DNA of 17,680 nucleotides from assembly GCA_036339875.1 (NCBI GenBank), contig JAYZAC010000179.1:1-17680 (forward strand). Direction: 5' to 3'. The DNA comes from a bacterium. Its GTDB lineage: Bacteria; Muiribacteriota; UBA6191. Each line of letters opens with the position of its first letter. The first letter of the stretch is position 1. Shown one piece after another: positions 16,853 to 17,680 of the stretch. Both the position numbers and the translations under genes were made by a program. Under the pieces are notes generated by a model, which saw nothing but the letters and a program-made list of their open reading frames with translations, was not told the origin of the DNA and did not search any database.

Positions 16853-17680
16853 ATGAAGAAAAAAGTAGTCGCAGCAGCGCTTATTTGTAGTGTGCTTGGG
16901 TCCTCTCACGCCACTGATAATGATAAGTTTGACGATTACGGAGGAACCTATCAAGGTGAAGTTCATCGACCAGTTCAACGTCTTGACAGATTTCGTCGTT
17001 TCGGCAATAAAGCTTCATCATCAGTAGAAAATCGTTTTAGTAATAGAAAACAATTAACTAATAATTACGTAATAAACGATCAAACCGGTGAGAAAGTTTA
17101 TTTGGATAATGTGAACGCACCTGTAAACTATCACCGGACTACGCAATTTCAATCGCAACCACAGAATAATCGAAGTCGAGATTATGAAATGATGCATCAA
17201 TCCAATCAGATTCAGAGAAACCAAAAAGCATCTCATAATTATGAATCTAGCCGTTTTGAAATGGATCATTCCCAGTCTACAAATAAAGAAATTGCGTCTC
17301 AATATGATTTTACTAATTCTTCGAATAATCGTATGAATACTGAGAAGTGGAGGCCTCAAGGACATACACAGGGTCGTTTTGCTGCTGCTAATTCCCATCG
17401 TAATAAATTAGACCAGATTGAAAATAATCATTCACAATCTTGGAATCAGAGACCCGCTATAAATCAGACACCTACTAGGAATGAAGAATGGAATAATTCT
17501 GTTACACAGCATGTGAAAGAAAAAAATTGGCAGAATCCACCACATGAAAATATTTCTAAAAGATCTTGGAATAATGTTGAGTCTGGTAAAGCTAGAAATG
17601 GTAATACAATGGAACAAGCGTCTCCTTCGAAACAAGAGGATTTTAATCAGAACGTTAATCGATATAATTCAGCACATTCA
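16853..17680 (+). CDS. Secreted N/Q/S/R-rich low-complexity protein, partial (>=276 aa, runs off right edge)
   Basis: Not in the ORF track. AGGAGA SD at 16843..16848. Hand translation is open to the window end: MKKKVVAAALICSVLGSSHA-TDNDKFDDYGG..., a classic Sec signal peptide followed by polar, likely disordered sequence. Confidence 0.9.
   Translation, partial: MKKKVVAAALICSVLGSSHATDNDKFDDYGGTYQGEVHRPVQRLDRFRRFGNKASSSVENRFSNRKQLTNNYVINDQTGEKVYLDNVNAPVNYHRTTQFQSQPQNNRSRDYEMMHQSNQIQRNQKASHNYESSRFEMDHSQSTNKEIASQYDFTNSSNNRMNTEKWRPQGHTQGRFAAANSHRNKLDQIENNHSQSWNQRPAINQTPTRNEEWNNSVTQHVKEKNWQNPPHENISKRSWNNVESGKARNGNTMEQASPSKQEDFNQNVNRYNSAHS

Noticed and set aside
16781..17635. Three short minus-strand ORFs at the right end
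   Set aside because: They are antisense to the open plus-strand gene from 16853, which has an SD and signal peptide.

Overview
AT-rich bacterial DNA, probably from a diderm (Skp/OmpH-like genes, many Sec signal peptides); I cannot assign the taxon. The left 11.3 kb is a mirror-symmetric divergent locus around a 79-bp intergenic region. Each arm has one or two enlarged Skp/OmpH-like periplasmic genes followed, through an ATGA stop/start overlap, by a very large secreted Gly/Asn/Asp/Cys-rich protein gene. The right-arm protein is 2143 aa. The left-arm protein (1932 to <1, at least 644 aa) is missing from the ORF track; hand translation shows it is a colinear paralog of the right-arm protein. 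The right part is a tightly packed minus-strand gene run: HEAT-repeat protein, tyrS, degenerate PyrE-like PRTase fold, exported MBL-fold hydrolase with altered metal ligands, and mscS. It is preceded by a perfect extended -10. A divergent gene also absent from the track (16853 to >17680) encodes a secreted Asn/Gln/Ser/Arg-rich low-complexity protein. I saw no RNA genes, CRISPR arrays or mobile elements. All family assignments come from reading motifs by eye, not from database searches.
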